Assembly: GCA_043228905.1 (NCBI GenBank) | Contig: JBHGNT010000004.1 | Location: 22,072,001 to 22,136,000 of the forward strand | Length of the DNA stretch: 64,000 nt | Reading direction: 5' to 3' | Source of the DNA: Azolla caroliniana | Lineage: Eukaryota > Plantae > Polypodiophyta | Shown: positions 26,101 through 38,775 of the stretch, piece after piece | Layout: each line of letters begins with the position of its first letter | Numbering within the stretch: position 1 is the first letter of the stretch | Program-made: the position numbers and the translations under genes | Notes under the pieces: model-generated | What the model was told of the DNA's origin: nothing | Seen by the model: the letters and a program-made list of their open reading frames with translations, nothing else | Database searches by the model: none

Positions 26101-26323
26101 TCTTTTCACATGATTATGTATGTAACAATCCCTAACTACATTGATCACTTGTTACATTGGCCCATTTTCACTAACCATCACATGATCGTGCACAACTTCA
26201 TATTTATAAACCAACATCATCCTCATGTTTTGCCTCATCAAATGTGTGCTTAACATGATAGAACATAGAGTACAAAGACTCTAGGTTGACGAGATGGGAT
26301 CGTAAATCTCTCTCAATGGAAGG

Positions 26324-26535
26324 TGTGCAGAAATACACGACTCAGAAATAGAAAAACAACAGATGAACCAATTCACTATGCACACAATTTTACGTGGAAA
26401 CCCTAACCAGGGAAAACAATGGGAACAAAGCTCCACTATACAACAGAGAATACAAGAAAACGGTTACAACTCTTCTTTGATACTCAGAGGATAACCACTT
26501 AGGGTTTTTGCCAAGTTCGTTGAACTCTACCGCCA

Positions 26536-26590
<55 letters not shown>

Positions 26591-26983
26591 CATAGCTGTG
26601 CTCTACACTTTTTTTTTTGCTATTCTACATCTATGTTTGCCTTAAGTGTATTTATACTTAAACACATTATGAGCTATTTACAAATATGTTTAGTAATATT
26701 ATTATCTGACAATAACACTAACAACTGCTAATCAGCTCGGCTGATCAACTATGTAGTTGTTTCAACTAGCTGACTCCTATGTCGACTGTCCAGTTGGCCC
26801 GATTAATCAGCCTTGTCGTTGACCACCTGGCCGGGCCGACTAGTCGGTTGTGTCTTCGACTTGGATCACTTATTACACTGTCGACTCCTCCTTGTCATCA
26901 ACTGTCAGCCCTCAGGACGACCAGTCGGCTACACCTTGTCTTTGACTGTCGGCTCCTCCCATAGGAGGGACATATTCCTAACA
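26324..26983. mobile_element. Probable solo Copia-type LTR upstream of SPT2
   Basis: TG...CA bounded (TGTGCAGAAAT ... CCTAACA). Contains TTTTACGTGGAAACCC, a (CT)n(CA)n tract, TATTTATA and GTCGAC/CGGC-rich repeats typical of Copia LTRs. Flanks GAAGG/TAGGG match only 3/5, so the left boundary is uncertain. Confidence 0.55.
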
Positions 26984-27459
26984 TAGGGTACAATGCACAA
27001 GCCCGAACAATCGATACTTGATGGGATGTCGTACAAATTAGGCATAAGATCGAGTTGTGCTTGTACTGGCATCGTTCTGTTTCGGTAATGTGTGCTCATT
27101 CTTCGCGTGCTTTTGCTTTCCAATTGTTAAGAATTGGTCTCTCTATCTCTCGATAGATTGCGATCCCGACACAAGATATATGATTTAACAACATTTAAGA
27201 GGGACCTAAGTGTCAATGTGTGTGTTTATATTACACACATGCAAAGGGAGTGTTATTTTTTCTTCCTCTTCCTTTCTTCTTCTTCTTCTTCTTCTTCTTC
27301 TATGAAGGAATGCTATTCTTTCTTTCTTTTCTTTTATATTTGGCGTTTGTGTGGAGAGAGCCCCTCTCTCTCTCTCTCTCCCTCTTGCTCTCTGGCCTTC
27401 AAAAACTCACGATTTGCAGTAGAATTTCTTCGATTTTGCTCCCCACCACTGTCTGATCC

Positions 27460-27545
27460 GTCGATTTGGGCTCTCATCGTTTCGACGAAACAGTATTGGG
27501 CTCTCATCTTTTTCCCTCGTCTCGGCCCGAAGATTAGGGTTTCAT
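27460..27545 (+). promoter_or_regulatory. Telo-box and site II-like motifs in the SPT2 5' region
   Basis: TTAGGGTTT at 27534-27542 with nearby TGGGCT (x2) and GGCCC. Confidence 0.45.
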
Positions 27546-27659
27546 TCTCTATCTCTCTGCTTTGATATTGATTGAAACAGAGAGCTTTTTGCTCCGTTTA
27601 TTTTAGGGCTCCGTTTTTCTGCATCCGGAATTGTCTTTGCCCTATACTCCTTCCATTTG

Positions 27660-30600
27660 ATGGGTCGGCAAGAAAGAACAGTAAGTATCCCTATTTCTAA
27701 GTTAACAGAAAATTAGGGGTTTTCGTTTTTTTCTTTCTCCAAAGAGGACTTAGCGAACGCGCAGATAGAGAGTTTTAAAATATAGAGAGCTTATGTCGAT
27801 GATGCAGGCATAATATGTTTTTTGTTTAAAAAGTAATTCCTGAATGCGGTATGGTACATGTGGTGTCATGCATATGGAATGTTTAGCATTTCGTATATTA
27901 AACTGGCATTTGTTTTTGCTTATTAGATACATAAACTTGGAAGGTTACATAATATGTATGGTCTCTATAGGATTTTTAAGCACAGTGTCTAGTTTTCTGT
28001 ATCTGAAACTGGTTTGTGCTTATCATTAGCTACATAAACTTAAAAAAGTTGTACGTTCTCAAGAGTACTGATTTTTTAGGTGTCCTTGTACGTTTAAGTG
28101 TGTGTCGTTTACCATGAGCTACATAAACCTGAATGGTTATATGTTTATGCGGTCTTCAAGTTATATAAAATTTATCCTTTTTTCTACAGTAAACTGATTT
28201 ATTATCTCAGAGTTATTCCCTTCATGATATTTTTGCAAATTCAAATCTGTGTTGTTTACGATCAGCTACATCAATTTGAATGCTTTTATGTATGTGGTGT
28301 TCAAGTTACATGAAATTTAGCCTTTGTTTATAATAAACTGGTCTTTCGTTTTACCATCAACTATATATAATATGAGTTTTCTACAATATAAGTGGTCCCA
28401 GAGTGCGCCTTCTTGATGTTTCATATAGCAAACTACCATGAGTTACGTGAACATATTCTACGGCAATATTGGTTTTAGAGTTCTGAATTGTCTAAACTTT
28501 TGTACTTTAAAATAACCTTTGTTTTACCATTACGTACATCAGCATGAATATTAGCCCCAGAACCAGGAGTTTACCATAAGATACATATCATATTTTGTCT
28601 GAGAAATTATAGTATATTCAGCATTGCTTGATATTTTTTGTATATTAAACTGGTCTTCGTTTACCATCAGCCACATGAACAATAGGTGTATGATCTGAGA
28701 ATTATGAACTGTTTAGCCTTTTGTATATTAAAATGGCTTTTGTTTCACATCTATTAACGTTTTTGAGCTGGGTTTTTCTCTCAGAATTTTTACAAGGACA
28801 ATAGAGACTATGGGAGTCTTCTAGATGGAGAAGAACTTGAGGATGAAGAATTTGAGGAAGATGATGGTGATGGGGGTGGAGTACCAGCACATCATGCAGA
28901 AGAAGAAGACTTCTCTCAAGAGTGTCAAGATTATCTGAGACGCCGAGAAAGGTTCAAAGAGCTCGCGAGAAAGGAATTGAGAAAAGCGAGGGAAAATGGC
29001 CGAGGTTCAACAACATCAACTAAGAAACCACTTCCTTTTGACAAGTAAGTTCTTTCTCTGTGGCATAGGCAAAAATGCAATATGTTAAAAGCAACCTCTT
29101 TGTTCTTGCATGATTCTCACACATATATTATGTGGTTTTATAGATGCTTTTATGTTTAACTTTCATAATACTAGTCTCTCATATTGATTGCTGAGCTTTC
29201 ATATGTATGTTTTTGTTTGTGTACCTATATGCGGGTGTATCTCTATTTAAAGTTATAGATTGAACTCCTGTACCGGTGTAATTTCAATTTCTAAAATTTT
29301 GGGTGTTTGTATGGGATGGTAATTTCATTTTAGCAAAGTTTGTTTACACTGCCAACTTGTTGAGGTGAATAAAATTTGTGATTCGTGGGAAAATTATATG
29401 AGATATACTACAGTCTAGATCTGTGGCTCTGGCCATGTGTTTGGAAGTTAACAAGCTTTCTGCTGATTGTTTTATTAACATCAAGACAATGTTCCAACAA
29501 TGGCCTATATGCCAAAATCAATTTATTACAGACAAAGACACGAAAGGAAATCTGAAAGAGAACTGGTGATCCATAACCAGAAACTGAAAATAAATAATGG
29601 CATTGAAAGTTGTTCCTAACAGTGTAGTAGGTTGCAAACTGAATGCAATGCATGTGTAAGAGTACTGTGTTATATATATATATATATATATATATAGTTT
29701 ACTCTATTTGTTATCATGACCTACTTTCTCTCTTAAATCTTTATCATTTCACGCCTCTTTTCGTGTCAAAGCCAAAGGATTGTGTGAAATTTGAGTAGTT
29801 TATTATTTTTCGTTCTTTGTAGAGTAAATTTCTTCCTGAATATGTAAAATTCTAGTGGAGTTACGTTTTGTGTCCCTTTATGGTATATTTTAAAACATCA
29901 TAATGAGAGACTCATTTACACTCCCATTTCTAAAACTCTGTCCAAAAGATAGGCCAAACAATTTCACTCTTCGCCTGTGTCTAGCATAGTTATAAAACGA
30001 TTGTTTTGTTTTTAGAATATGTTTTAGAACTCTCTGAAATTTTCTACACATATTCTACATATTAGAACTGCCATTTAAAATGTTTTATGTATTCCAAGCA
30101 TTATTCGTATTTAAGAAGTATTTAATATTTCCAAAAAATAAAAGAAATTGTTTTTATTTTAAAACAAATATATAACTTAAGAAGTAATCAATGTATTTTA
30201 CATGTGTTCTATGTAATTTATCTGTAGAATAAGTAATCTAAGTATTTAAAAAAAGGGTAGAATACTTTTAGAATATGTAGCCTTCGTGTCATACATGTAT
30301 TGTATACTAAGTATTCTAGAACAATGGTATCCAATACATATCCATTTTAAAGGCATATGAAACCTGAAAGAAACCTATTTCCTTCAACTATACATGAGCA
30401 TGGTCGTCACTTATGAGGCAGCAAAATAGTGATCTGCTCATGTCTTTCACTGTAAATTAACACCTTTTATTTGAGAAGAGGTGAATAGTCCACTTGTTTT
30501 CTGAGAAGCAAGGTAGTGTAGCTTGGGTGATGACATGCAAAATCCAAGATCTCTAATGTTTTCTTCTTGTGCATCGCTGTAAAATACATGTTTGGCCAAA

Positions 30601-33600
30601 GCATGTGATACATTGAGCACTTCTTATATCATCAATGGACTAGTTTCTAGGTGCAGAGTGTTCACTCTATGTAGAGGCCTACAAGCAGTATGTGCAGAGG
30701 TGAACAAGCAGATGTAACATTGTCTCTAGCATATTCTCCAGCTCATAATGCGAAATAAACCCTTGTGATTTTGGCATATAAAGGATGTCATCTTTTGAGG
30801 GAGCAGAATTTTTCAAAAGGCTTCAGGCATCTATTCTATACTCTACATTAGTAGTTATTTTCCTTTCTCTTTTCCTGTCATGCAGTTAAAAAAAGGTTGG
30901 GAGTACATCGTGGGTTGAACAAATGCAGAAGTTTTTGGGAGTTTCGGTATCTATCAGCTAACCATCGTAATTGTAATTTTCGACGCAGCTATGGTTCGTT
31001 CTTTGGACCGTCTGAGCCAGTTGTAGCGAGGCGAGTGATTGAGGATGCTCGAGCAAGAGAGGAAGCTAGTAAACTTGCAAAGCTTGTGAAGAACGAGGTT
31101 GGAATACATAAGGGACATTTGGGAACATCAAAGAGTTCTCAACAACCAAGGGTCTCAGAGTCTGCGAAGCAGTCGAAACCCATCAATCAGGTATATCAAA
31201 ATAAATTGTTCGTCAAATTATTGATATGCCATTCTGGTTTACTAGAAATGCTGAATCATTAGTCATTATTTATTTTTAATGATGTTACTCATTGCACAAG
31301 CATATTGGATTAATTGACTTCGAAAATTTAGAAATTAAACTGTGCAGATGTAAGATCATTTGTAGATTGTATCATCATGGACTTGAAACTGTTGTCTAAG
31401 GTCCAATCAATGAAATAGGGGCTATTTATTGTTATTTTCAAGTATTCCTGTAACTTTTCAGTCACTTTGTGATGTGCATGATAGTGCTCTGGCAACTGAA
31501 CATAATCATAGACCTATAACCAAAATATGTTTAAGTAGGTTGGGTTTATATCGTTATGCAAGAAGATTCAACCTCAATATCTTTAAATTTGAATATTCAT
31601 ATAGTTGGTCTGCTAGGCAGGCATATAATGGAACACTCTCACATGCAGAAGCTTCCAACTGCCTTAATAGTCTTAAATTCAAATATTGAAACTTTTCATC
31701 AATTAGGCAGGCATATCATTGAACATTCTCACATGGTGTAGCTTGTTCACGCATGATCTAGATTTTATGATTTCGGTTGAGTTCCAACCTTCCTCGTCTG
31801 TAAGTAAAGCCGAATGATGTTTGGAAATAATTTTCCTAATTATAATATATGATCAAATCTGTGAGATGTCATTTTATCTAAATTCATTTTCTGATGTTTT
31901 ATGAATTTGTTGAACTTTTTTGGAATATTGATTATTTTCCCTACATCCTTCCTTTGTTTCTTGTGTGTATTTTCAAATGTTGTTCAACTAAATTAAAGTG
32001 TCAATTGCAGACAGCATTGAGACTGCAGCGCTTGAAGGAGGCACGCGATTACTCTTTCCTATTTAAAGATGAAGATCCAACGACAAGTTCTCCGAACCCC
32101 ACCACAAGTAATCAGCATCCAACCACAAGTGCACATCGTAATGGTGTCCATGAATCAGCCTCAAGAAAACAAGGTTAGGATTTCATATTTCTTTAGTGTG
32201 ATAACTTATGTCCCATAGTTTGAACTTGACGTATTTCTTCCATTTTCTTAACAGAACAGGACAATCTAAATCATACAACTAAATTTAAGAAAAGCGATGG
32301 AATGATCTCTCAGAGAGGTTTGCCTCTTACCAAATCAAGTTCTTCAACTAAAATGCCAAGACCAAATCTTCCCCCAGCACCACACAAAGGTCAAGAGAGG
32401 CAGATTAAACCTATTGTAAAGCCTTCTAAACCTCCAGAGAAGCCTCCTCTCATGAAGCCCAAAAGCTCTTCTTCGGTGGTATCGTCATCATTGTCAAATC
32501 TGGTTTCGAAGAAAAATTCGTTATTAAGTTCACATTCAAATTCAAATAAAATGATTTCTGGGCCTGGTCGGCCGCCTCAATCTCGCCCTCCAGTTTCGGT
32601 TTCATCTACCTCTCTATCTGCTGCGAAGAAACCTGGTACTTCAGCAGGTGTAAGTGCCCAAGTAAGAAGCTTAGTTTCATCAGGGCCTAAAGTTGCAGCT
32701 GCAAAGCAACAATTTCCCTCTAGTAGACCAATATTGAGTAAAGCTCCACCGACTCATTCGGCCTCTGGTGGGAGCAAAAGTCATGTAGTAACCTTGAGGG
32801 CCGATCAAAAGAGGCCTGGTGTAGTTGTGCCTGGACGCACTGGGTCTGGTGGAGGCCATGTGGATGCTAGGCGACCTCTTCAGTCTGGAGCTTCTTCAAA
32901 GCAGGTGATCCTAGTTTCTCTCTGCCTTGGTCTCTCTTTTATGTTTTAGGATTGTACCTTAGTGATAAGCCATGTTTTTATATTATCCTGCATCTGGGTT
33001 TCAAATCCCACTAACTCCACAACCTCAATGGATGCCACCATAGAAGGTAGGCTCCAGTTGGAATCAAAGTCACATATGAATGGGGGACACGAATAGGTCA
33101 GAGTTGCCGCACCTGTTGGAAATGGAAAGGGGGGAAGGGGATTTTTTGGAACTTGCATGCTTGCATGCTTCCCACTTGCATAGCACTTCAAATGCTTCAA
33201 AGATGGTGGCTTCTTTTAGTACATATCAGTAACCCACTTACATGGCATTGGAAATGGTCATACATTATTTGTAAAGAAACAAAAACAATGATTGGTGCCA
33301 TAGTAAGAATATGGATACACATTAATGAGAGTTATTTTAATATGAGGGAGGGAGAGGTAGTCTACCCAACTTTTTTAGTCTCGTCTAATTGCTAAAAATA
33401 AATACATCATGCAGCAAATGAGACCGCCTCAAAAGCTCACCAGACCACCTGCAAAGCCTGTGCAGAAGAGAAGTAGAGATATTGAATCCGAAGATGATTC
33501 CTTTGTGGATGATGATGATGATTTAGAAGGGGGCGATGTAAGTAGCATGATCCAGAGAATGTTCCGGTGAGTGCTCACAATTAATCTTAATACTTGTAAT

Positions 33601-34399
33601 ATTGTTATGTATGTGGGTATATGATGACATGGTGAAGACTTTCAATGCTTTCTATATTTCAAATGCTCATGCCTGCTCATGTACATGTGTATGCATCTGT
33701 TGCAATGAGACAGGGAAGACTTCTAATGGCTTCACATGTTTTAACTATTTTTCAGATATAACCCTAGTAAATATCGGGATTTGGATGATGAGGATGACAG
33801 GAATATGGAGGCTGATTTTCGGACAATCCAGATGGAAGAAAAACGGAGGTAACAAACTTTGCTGTGTTCCTCAATGTATGCTTTTGCCCTTAATGCTTGA
33901 CTTGAGATTGGACAATTGTTGCTGCTGCTCTTGATGCCATCTTCTGTCATTATATGAACTTATACATTTGTTGTCATATGCTCTTGGTGTTTTTATATAT
34001 TCTAACATTGCATAAAAATGTAGATTGCTTCTTTTTTGGCCTCTGTAGCTATCCATTTAACTTTATGCAGTTTTTGCTTTAGCCGTTTATGATTTTCATC
34101 ATCTATCTTCTAACATTATAAGAAGAATGGGCAATTCATGCCTTTGCCTCTAATACTTTTTGGATCTTCTAATACCATGTAAAAATGACCGATCTTTGCT
34201 TTTTTATCTTTGATATTTTTGCATTTCCTATTTTGTCTTTCCATATTGATGATATTTTCGTTTTCCAACATGACTTGTGCACAGTGCAAGGATTGCCCGA
34301 GAAGAAGATGAACGAGAGCTAGAATTGATAGAAGAAGAAGAAAGACAAGAAAGGGAGAGAGCCCGGGCCAAGAAAAAGCGCAAGCTTCAACAGAGATAA
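27660..34399 (+). CDS. SPT2: SPT2 chromatin protein / histone chaperone homolog, 8 coding exons
   Basis: Exons 27660-27680, 28785-29044, 30989-31190, 32011-32173, 32255-32904, 33415-33566, 33756-33848, 34285-34399. Motifs: NYGSFFGPSEPVVARRVI, LKEARDYSFL and the C-terminal SPT2 domain (SSMIQRMFRYNPSKY...NMEADFRTIQMEEKRSARIAREEDERE). Confidence 0.93.
27990..28690 (+). repeat. Degenerate short-motif array in SPT2 intron 1
   Basis: About 8 diverged copies of (AAACTGGT...G)TTTACCAT(G/C)AGCTACAT near 28007, 28108, 28255, 28335, 28433, 28522, 28570 and 28647. Confidence 0.6.
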
Positions 34400-35299
34400 T
34401 GTATAAAATGGAATACCCATACTTATTTCTTTCTTATACCTTCTACAAAGGCAGGTTTCCCTTTGAGCAAAATGTAAAATTAGGAGTCAAATCTCATAAA
34501 TGGCAAAGGTGATGGGTCATCTTGCTTTCTTGGATTTTTGGTCTCTATTTTTTTCAAACTTCCTTTCATTTTTTGTATATTAAATCTTGTTCTATCTTTT
34601 CCATTATGAGAGGGGCATTGTTGAGATTCATCACTTGTAACGTAAAATTCATTGCATATTGAGTCAGAATGGTGGGTTTCTGGAGGCACAACATTTTATT
34701 TGTAGGTGTGGATGTTTTGCGGTTGGAACATTATCATATTTCAGATGGTATTACAATCAAGAGATAAAAGAGTCATTGTGTATATTTGATGAATTGTTTA
34801 CCTTCCTCAAGACCAATATATTTTGTGATTAACTTTTTTGTAGGACAAGCTGTATATGAACAACTTTCAATGTAAGATACTCTGTTCATAGAGTAAGTTT
34901 TAGGATGGTACATACACAATGACTTGAGCATAATTGAGTGCTACAGAACTTGAGAAGTCCGCATTTGTTTCACTTTAATTGAGTGCTACAGCAATCTTTA
35001 TCCTTGGAAAATGTAGAAGAGTGCCTGAGTGGAATCTAAAACTGTTGAGCACATGACAAGTATTTCCTTGTGGTGAAGGATCCGACCGTAATTGGCTTGC
35101 TTAACCATTTGTTGAATGTTGATCTTGGTTCCTGTGGCCAAGTTTTTGGGCTAATATGGGTTTTATTATGATGCTTATTAACTGAACTGCTAGTTTCATG
35201 ATATGTTTTTGAGTTACACTGTTGCATGATGGTTGACTAGAGACGATCCAATAAGTGTATCTAAAACATTTCAAATGAAAAGAATGAGGAGTTTAAAAG

Positions 35300-36800
35300 A
35301 TTGGCAATGAGGTTTGTAGTTCTGTCCTAGTGTGTACATATAGAGGGAGGGAAGATGTTATAAGATCCTATAGCAGGCGACATTTAACTGAGGTTGCTGA
35401 AAACAAACTTCCAACATACCAAAACTTTTATTAACGATTTGGCAAAATGTTATTGTTCCCAACATAGCATAGAATATAATGATCTTCTATCCTCATTTTC
35501 AACCCTTTCTCCATAATTTGGCAAAAGTGGAAGGTATATACTCAATCGTGACATCAGAATAAAGTTCCTCTCTCACATTTTTCTGGTCCACTTTTGCACA
35601 CAATTCTCACTCCTTAGTCAGTTTGGTATGTTTCAAAACCCCTTGGCCATAGAAATGATTATGGGGCTTCACATCAATTCACACAGTTTGTTTCCGCAGT
35701 CATTGAGCAAATTTCTTGATCCCTGTCATGGTTTTCCATGAATACATAACATTTATGGTGAGAACAGACTTCAGAATTTTCGTATCAGGAAAAAACTGTT
35801 AAAACCCCTTAGTTTTTTGTTAATCACTATAAAGGGATCAATGTTTTCATTTTTTCCCCCTTGATGCCCTCAAGCAAGTTAGCCTCCTTGGGATCAAGTA
35901 TGTTTCCTATTTGAAAATTTGCATACTCGATTCATCCCCGTCACCTAAATCAGATGTGCTATAAGAGAATTTACATTGTCTATTCATCCCTCTTGGACCA
36001 TGTGGATTATATGCAAGATACATGAATGACACATAATGGAAGTAATGCCCTTACATGTCCCTACCTGAATCTAGAATTGTAAAATATGAAAATGTGATGG
36101 GTCGATTCTTCATTGTAAACATCCATAGTTTAAACTTGACATCAATATACTAACCTGACATATGCTTTTATACCAAACATGGTCTATTTTTCACAACACT
36201 GGAGATTATTCCATAAAGAGTTTGCAAGGAAAAATGAAGTAATGCATGAACAGGTTTGAAGGAGAAATTGTGTTGTGTATTTTGACACTGGAGATTGTTC
36301 CATGAGATTATAAACAAAAGCGAACATATGATCCTCAAGACACTCTTGAGACTTCCACATGTCCTTGGTTGCTCTAAGGAGACCATCATATAATTTTTTA
36401 TCATCCAAATCTTTGTATTGAGAGCTCTCTCTCTCTGTGCATCATTTTGTGCCATTCAAAACTTCTCTTGGCATCATTTTGTGCCATTTGAATTTCATCT
36501 CTAAATTTGTGCACACATTTCCATCATGAATACATCTACCTTAATCCTCCTAGCATCCCATCATCCTGAACCATAGCTCCATATTCCCAATAAACATGAT
36601 ACGAGAATCTCCAGTACGTTCTCAATGTATTTTTCTCTGGGGTTGCCATTCTTATCCAAAAAATGGGTTATGTATAATTGAGATAAAGAACAATTTTCTG
36701 GAATACATCATGAGATTTTCATAATTGCTTTCGAAGAATGCTAGATGTTTCAATGTACACTAGCTCCAAGCAAATATGCTTCCAAATAAGGCTTCGTAAT
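35300..36800 (-). mobile_element. Decayed LINE (non-LTR retrotransposon) ORF2 3' remnant
   Basis: Minus-strand fragment ...VYNEESTHHIFI (~36085-36120) resembles the LINE zf-RVT ExxxHxF motif. Surrounding frames are broken and boundaries are approximate. Confidence 0.35.
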
Positions 36801-36842
36801 TTCTATAAGTTTCAATTGACTGATGCTTGCATGCCGGCTCGC

Positions 36843-38709
36843 TTAAACAGATGTAGCCACCACCTTCGTTGGCATCTCTGCATATGTATTAAGGCAGTTA
36901 AATACTAACTTCTAGAACTTTAATCATTTCAATCACTTGTGCTCATGGATCTAGACTGTATCATGTTTTAAACATATGTATCAAGTATAATAAAGCCTCC
37001 TTACTTAGGACAGCTTAGAATTATAACACAATATTTTCAATATTACCAAGGAGTTTAGCAAGCTTCCCACTCTGATAAGCCTCCAGTGTATCTAAAACCA
37101 TACGAGAATAAACTAAGTTAGAGAGACCTTGTTTATAAACATACCTTGTAAACGAGCCAAAACAAGAAATTCACACTAAACCAACAATCAGAGAACTTGT
37201 TTCTCAACATATATTATAAATGAGCCCAAACAACACATTTACGCTAAACCATACAACTCAAAGTTGGAGAGACCTTGTTTCTTGACATAATAAGCCAAAA
37301 ACATCACATTTCCATTAAAACTTACCATCAGCACCACCAAGATGTTGTTTGTGAATAAAAACTTGGGGCACGGTTCGCCTGGCCACTAGATTCATTACAG
37401 CTTTCTGAATATCATATCCATCCTCTAAAGTGGTAAAAGGAAAGAAAAACTGATTTTTGCACAATGGAAACAACCTGGCTTTTGTATGTCTCCAAACAAC
37501 GACAAGAAAAAATTCCAAATTTTCATAAAAATAGCTTTTAAATTTTCAACAATTAGGAGATCCTAATTTTTATTCTTGCTCTCAGAACCTTTACTTCCAT
37601 ATCATATATCATATAACACTAATTGAAACGAGACAAAACCATAAAACTTGTCAAACAACAACTTTCTACTGATTCACAACTTCTGATTGGGAATTTCGAC
37701 TCTGACAAAACATATTGAAAATGTCAAGACGATGCACATTGGTAAAGCTACTTCCCTTATACCATAGAAGTCAAAGCTATCTAATTACTATGCCATGAAA
37801 TCACTACAACAGACCGGTTAGGTATGTGTAGACAACATACAACAATACATGAAAATACAACAAAAAAATGGCAACCTCGTTGATCTAGCTCTATCACAAA
37901 CGGCTTCTCATTCAGCTTGCTAAAAATAGCTTTGGCTCGTTTGCAATACCTACAAATGAAGAAATTTGAGAGGATCAATTAATGGGAACAATACAAATGC
38001 ATTTGCTTAAATATAACACTAGATCAAAGGCTATGGTGTAGCACATGGAGATAAAACATGGCCCTAACATGAAAAATTAGGTCTATTTGTGAGAAATGAA
38101 ACACAATATTGCCGTACTTTCCACTGAAATGGATCTGGAAGACAACATCATAGTCATCATAGAAAAAATATAGCCTTTCAAAAACAGAAAATTATGTCTT
38201 CCTTCATAAAAACGAAGATGATTTATATATTGAATTCGATCTAAACAACCTGAAACTCCGTTTCAATAAACTAAGGATTTTTTTGCCGCACAAAAATGAT
38301 TTATTAGTTCATTCAAACGGAAAATTCACAATATACAGGTCAAAATTCAAGGAAGAAATAATCCTATGCTATGGTGCATAGAGGTTCAAGCCTTTTGAAA
38401 TAAATAGAAAATAGTCTCTTACGTTCATTGAGATGGAAGTAGGAAGCATTAATCTTAATTCTCCAAGAATGAGAACGAGGGATGGGGGGGGGAGACTTAC
38501 GGACAGTAAGATTTGGAGAATATGACGATCTTGTGCTGCTCGATGGCCTGCTTGACGATAGTTTCTGCTGGCGTTTCTCCCGGCGTTTCCGGGGAGGGAT
38601 GGCGCAGCAGCAAGAGGAAGACAGGGATCAACGCAGAAGCCAAGCAGAGGAGGGAGAGGAGGATCAAAGCCGCCGGGGGGGGCCTCGTGAGCCATAGCCG
38701 GAGCCGCAT
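36843..38709 (-). CDS. Class I CPYC glutaredoxin (GRXC3/C4 type) with N-terminal hydrophobic signal/anchor
   Basis: Exons 38709-38501, 37949-37876, 37424-37326, 37091-37047 and a probable last exon 36877-36843 (or read-through to a stop at 37021). Motifs: IFSKSYCP|[30 protein letters not shown]. Confidence 0.93.
37120..37312. repeat. Degenerate ~70-bp triplication in glutaredoxin intron 3
   Basis: GAGAGACCTTGTTT and GAGCC.AAACA...CTAAACCA blocks recur three times. Confidence 0.55.
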
Positions 38710-38733
38710 ATCGCAGATCAACAGCAATCGGGG

Positions 38734-38775
<42 letters not shown>

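Noticed and set aside
23340-26280. Possible genes among the short ORFs
   Set aside because: No coherent exon chain or protein motif; probably old TE debris whose family could not be assigned.
29940-30360. MITE in SPT2 intron 2 (TTCTA/TAGAA inverted motifs)
   Set aside because: No definable TIR pair or TSD; AT-richness can explain the matches.
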